Of a stretch of 21,464 nt of DNA, positions 17,955 through 21,464 are shown piece after piece (the stretch's first letter is position 1; the number at the start of each line of letters is the position of its first letter). The stretch spans positions 1 through 21,464 of the forward strand of contig JAYGFR010000175.1 in the NCBI GenBank assembly GCA_046581755.1, in the 5' to 3' direction. The stretch is from Nitrospinota bacterium. GTDB lineage: Bacteria; UBA8248. Position numbers and translations under genes: made by a program. The notes beneath the pieces were generated by a model, which saw only the letters and a program-made list of their open reading frames with translations, made no database searches and was not told the origin of the DNA.

Positions 17955-19598
17955 TTAAACCCCGCGCAGCCTGGATGGATCCTTTTTCCCCTTCTTGGAT
18001 CCCGGGGCCGCTTTTTTCATATCCTGGGTCAGCTTGTACTTGTTGACGACGGCGACGAAGGCCTTCGCTGCGGCCTCGACGGTGTCGGGACTCGTGCTGT
18101 GGCCCGCGATTTGGGACCCGTCCTCGAACTCGACGAGAAGGTTCACCTCGGCCAGGGCGTCGCGCCCCTGGGTCACGGAGTTGACCGTGAAATCCACGAG
18201 ACGGCTCCGGTTGCCGACGATGAGGTTGATGGCGTCGAGCACGGCATCCACCGGGCCGTTCCCCTTCCCGACCTCGGTGCGGACCTCATCTCCTTCGCGG
18301 AGGTGGACCGTCGCCATCGAGCCCGGCTGGGAACCTGTGGTGGAACTTGACACCTGAAGGGCATCGAGCTCGTAGAAGCTATCGCCCGTGCCCGCTCGCC
18401 GCTCCTGAAGAAGGGCGATGAGGTCTTCGTCGTAGATCTCTTTTTTCCGGTCGGCCAGGTCGATGAACCTCATATAGATGGCCGAAATCTCCTCCCGGTT
18501 CATCTTGAAACCGAGCTGTTCGTAGCGCTGGCGAAGCCCCGCGCGGCCGGAGTGCTTTCCAAGCACGAGGGTGTTCGATGGGCGGCCCACCGACTGGGGC
18601 GTCATAATCTCGTAGGTGATGGCCTTCGAGATAACGCCGTGCTGGTGAATTCCCGCCTCGTGGGCGAAGGCGTTTTTCCCGACGATGGCCTTGTTTTGCT
18701 GGACGGGAACACCCGTCATGGAGGTGAGCAGACGGCTGGTCGGGTAAATTTCCTTGGTCTTGACCCGGGACCTGAAGTCGAGAATGTCCTTGCGCGTGTG
18801 GAGGGCCATGACGAACTCTTCGAGCGATGCGTTCCCGGCCCGCTCGCCGATACCGTTAATGGTGCACTCCACCTGCCGCACTCCGCACTCGATCGCCACG
18901 ATGCTGTTCGCGATGGCGAGGCCAAGATCGTTGTGGCAATGGGCGCTGAACACCACGCCCTCATAGTCGGGAATTTTCTCGAACATATACTCCCAGAACT
19001 GACGGAACTCGGTGGGAATGGTGTAGCCCACCGTGTCGGGGAGGTTGATCGTCGTCGCACCCTCTTCGATGGCAATTTTGACCGACTCGATCAGAAAGTC
19101 CCAGTCCGAGCGGGTGGCGTCTTCGGCGCTCCACTCCACGTCATTGCAGAGCTTTCGCGCATGCCGGACCGACTGGGCCACCTCCTTGAGAAGGTCTTTG
19201 CGGTTCATTTTGAGCTTGTACTTGAGGTGGATGTCCGAGGTGGCGATGAAGGTGTGGATTCGCGGCTTTTTGGCGTGGCGAACCGCATCCCAACAGCGGT
19301 CGATATCGGCCCGGGCCGAGCGCGAGAGACCTGCAACGATGGATTTTTTGACGGCCTTGGCGACATCCCGCACAGCCTCGAACTCATCGTTCGATGCAAT
19401 CGGGAATCCGGCCTCGATGATGTCCACTCCCAGCTTTTCGAGCTGGAGCCCCATCTGGACCTTCTGGTAGCGCACCATGGCGCAACCCGGCGATTGCTCT
19501 CCGTCGCGGAGGGTGGTGTCAAATATTCGAACTGCGTGGCTGGACTTGGAGGCGCCCTTGGGCGCCGTCTTCGGCTTTACAGATTTTCTGCCTGGCAT
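17955..19598 (-). CDS. leuA: 2-isopropylmalate synthase with C-terminal regulatory domain
   Basis: IFDTTLRDGEQSPG, IEAGFP, HCHNDLG, GIGERAGN, AFAHEAGIHQHG, LGKHSG, GNGPVDA. ATG 19598 after GAGGAG; 19679 is an alternative. Confidence 0.95.
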   Translation of the reverse strand: MPGRKSVKPKTAPKGASKSSHAVRIFDTTLRDGEQSPGCAMVRYQKVQMGLQLEKLGVDIIEAGFPIASNDEFEAVRDVAKAVKKSIVAGLSRSARADIDRCWDAVRHAKKPRIHTFIATSDIHLKYKLKMNRKDLLKEVAQSVRHARKLCNDVEWSAEDATRSDWDFLIESVKIAIEEGATTINLPDTVGYTIPTEFRQFWEYMFEKIPDYEGVVFSAHCHNDLGLAIANSIVAIECGVRQVECTINGIGERAGNASLEEFVMALHTRKDILDFRSRVKTKEIYPTSRLLTSMTGVPVQQNKAIVGKNAFAHEAGIHQHGVISKAITYEIMTPQSVGRPSNTLVLGKHSGRAGLRQRYEQLGFKMNREEISAIYMRFIDLADRKKEIYDEDLIALLQERRAGTGDSFYELDALQVSSSTTGSQPGSMATVHLREGDEVRTEVGKGNGPVDAVLDAINLIVGNRSRLVDFTVNSVTQGRDALAEVNLLVEFEDGSQIAGHSTSPDTVEAAAKAFVAVVNKYKLTQDMKKAAPGSKKGKKDPSRLRGV

Positions 19599-19945
19599 GA
19601 TCCGTAACTCCTCAGGAACGAATTGTGTTGGACCCCGCGCGGCCCCGGCAATCGGGAGTGACGCGGGCGCAATCTGCATCCGGCTCCTAAGGCATCAGGG
19701 AATGTTCGGGCGCACTGACCGCGCCCGGGGCCCTCCCCATGACCTGTTCGGCATCCTGCTTCACGATCCGCTCCATGCGACAATCCACCTGCGGAGGATG
19801 TTCGGCAATCAAATCTCAATCCTCTATATCGGCAAAGAGAGCCTCCGGGTCAAGTGCCCAAGCCGATTTTCCCGGATTTCAACCCCATTTCGAGAATCAA
19901 GGACCCACATCGCGCTCTGGAGCCGGTGTCCGTCCGGCCCGGTTT

Positions 19946-20321
19946 TCAGGCCGGAGTGCCGTCCCGCACCGCCTGAATTTTCGCCTGCTTCTCCTCCTGC
20001 TCCGGCATCAGCTTCACCCCCAGGCCGCTGACGATGCGGTTCATGTGGCCGAAGTAACTCGTGATCATGACCACATCGAGAATGTCCTCATCGCTCAGGC
20101 CCGCCTCGCGCAGGGGGGCGAGATCGGACTCTGCCATCTCGTTGCACCGCAGCCTCCATCAAGGAGACGAAAAAAGATTGATTCGCTCGGAGGTGGTTTT
20201 CCTTGATGCTCATGATAGCGGCCGTACTTGAGACAAAGCCCCTTCTTTATTTCGAGGCCTCGAAATAACGCTTCACCATCCCGGCGGCTTCTTCTTCTGG
20301 AATCGTCCGAATCCAGGGCAA
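19946..20321 (-). pseudogene. Disrupted peroxidase-related AhpD/carboxymuconolactone-decarboxylase-like gene
   Basis: TTG at 20321 gives MPWIRTIPEEEAAGMVKRYFEASK*(TAA 20249-20247)RRGFVSSTAAIMSIKENHLRANQSFFVSLME. The frame shifts near 20153 into LRCNEMAESDLAPLREAGLSDEDILDVVMITSYFGHMNRIVSGLGV. The middle helix with the CxxC motif is missing. Confidence 0.8.
20247..20268. repeat. Perfect 22-bp palindrome
   Basis: TTATTTCGAGG|CCTCGAAATAA. Confidence 0.95.
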
Positions 20322-20393
20322 CGATTGCCCCTTATTGAGTGCGAATCAATTTCCCGCAATTGTGCGGGGCCAACGCAGTCGATTTCCCCTCTC

Positions 20394-21155
20394 CTACTTC
20401 GCACTCTGGCCGCCATCCAGAATAAGGGCTGTCCCCGTCATATAGCTCGACGCATCGCTCGCCAGGAACACCAACGCGCCCGCCATCTCCTCGGGCAGAC
20501 CCACGCGGCCCATGGGAATGTGCGCCTTGATCATGCGCTCGCCGGCCTCGCTGGTGAACATCTCCCGGTTGATGTCGGTGAGAACATACCCCGGCGCGAG
20601 CGCATTGACCCGAATTCCGTGGCGCGCCCATTCGAGAGCGAGGGTCTTGGTGAGCATGATGAGCCCGCCCTTACTGGCCGAGTAGGCCGAAAGCATCTTG
20701 ACCCCCACCATCCCAGCCACCGAGGCCACATTGACGATGACCCCGCTGCCTCTCGATATCATCTCCCGTCCGACGGCCTGGCTCATCAAAAATGCGCCGC
20801 GCAGGTTCGTCGCCATGACCTGGTCCCACTCCTCCAGGGGGAGGTCGGACGCCCATCCCGCCCCGCTGATTCCGCTGTTATTGACTAGAATATCAATTGG
20901 CCCCACGGCGCGCCCGGCCTCCGATGCGGCTGCCCCGATACTGGCGGGGTCGGTCAAATCCAGGGGGACCGCCTCGGCCTTGCGCCCCAGTTCCCGAATC
21001 TCCCGGGCTGTCTCCTCCAATTTATCGATCCTCCGGGCGGCAAGGGCCACATCAGCCCCGGCCTCGGCCAGAGCAAGAGACATCGCACGGCCCAACCCCG
21101 TTCCGCCTCCAGTCACCAACGCGGTTTTTCCTGTCAGATCGAAACTATCGAGCAC
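20394..21155 (-). CDS. Classical short-chain dehydrogenase/reductase (KduD/gluconate-5-dehydrogenase/FabG-like)
   Basis: FDLTGKTALVTGGGTGLG, NNSG, VNVAS, YSASK, RVNALAPG, DGG. GTG 21155 after GAAGGGGA. Confidence 0.93.
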   Translation of the reverse strand: MLDSFDLTGKTALVTGGGTGLGRAMSLALAEAGADVALAARRIDKLEETAREIRELGRKAEAVPLDLTDPASIGAAASEAGRAVGPIDILVNNSGISGAGWASDLPLEEWDQVMATNLRGAFLMSQAVGREMISRGSGVIVNVASVAGMVGVKMLSAYSASKGGLIMLTKTLALEWARHGIRVNALAPGYVLTDINREMFTSEAGERMIKAHIPMGRVGLPEEMAGALVFLASDASSYMTGTALILDGGQSAK

Positions 21156-21195
21156 CCAATTCCCCTTCACATAACCACAGCAAATGTTCAAAACC

Positions 21196-21204
21196 TGTGA
21201 ATAA
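21196..21204 (-). promoter_or_regulatory. DnaA-box consensus match in an AT-rich intergenic region
   Basis: Minus strand TTATTCACA fits TT(A/T)TNCACA exactly. Confidence 0.35.
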
Positions 21205-21464
21205 CTGGACGATCTGTCCCCTTAACCATATGAAATTCCATGACTTATTTCTACTTGCCCCATCAGAGGGCAACCAAGACATCTCTATTGTTTTCAATAA
21301 CATACACAAAAATTTCGCCTATCCGAGCCTGTAGCCTCCGTCTTGAATACTGTTTTTAAACAGGTTCTCCCGATAAACCGAATCAAGACCTAAATATGCC
21401 GAGCGGCACCCTGAGCTACCACAAGGTTTTGGGGATCAAACAATTCGCTCTTCGGGCAGGGATG

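Noticed and set aside
19687..19776. Classical leucine attenuator peptide upstream of leuA
   Set aside because: The uORF MERIVKQDAEQVMGRAPGAVSAPEHSLMP has a single Leu, and no U-tailed terminator precedes leuA.
20247..20249. Selenocysteine or pyrrolysine read-through of the pseudogene stop
   Set aside because: The stop is TAA, not TGA or TAG; it is not at a catalytic position; and a frameshift follows it.
21350..21363. LexA SOS box
   Set aside because: It reads CTGT-N6-ACAG, whereas the gammaproteobacterial consensus needs N8.

Overview
GC-rich bacterial chromosomal segment made mostly of housekeeping genes. I call 24 CDS and one pseudogene; 21 of the 25 lie on the minus strand. The left two-thirds holds a minus-strand run rplU-rpmA-obgE-proB-nadD-rsfS-dksA-like-(LapA/TPR)-(secreted Cys-rich protein), followed by rpiB-nrdR-eno. 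The right part holds a PEGA lipoprotein, a beta-hydroxyacid dehydrogenase, a SAM methyltransferase, a DUF484 protein, two MmgE/PrpD proteins, a HIT protein, arfB, mnmA, leuA, a broken AhpD-like gene and an SDR. I saw no rRNA, tRNA, CRISPR array, integrase or IS element, and no obvious new multi-gene system. The best leads are small-scale. (i) A one-cysteine, probably zinc-free DksA sits behind a hidden sigma70-type promoter with a GC-rich discriminator inside nadD. (ii) An AhpD-like pseudogene, largely missed by the ORF track, has its nonsense codon inside a perfect 22-bp palindrome and has lost its catalytic core. (iii) An uncharacterised exported 8-Cys protein is present. (iv) Several core enzymes carry Lys/Arg-rich tails. 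(v) The leuA leader is structured and repeat-bearing. (vi) The AT-rich right edge contains a DnaA box. Product calls come from motif recognition only; no searches were run.
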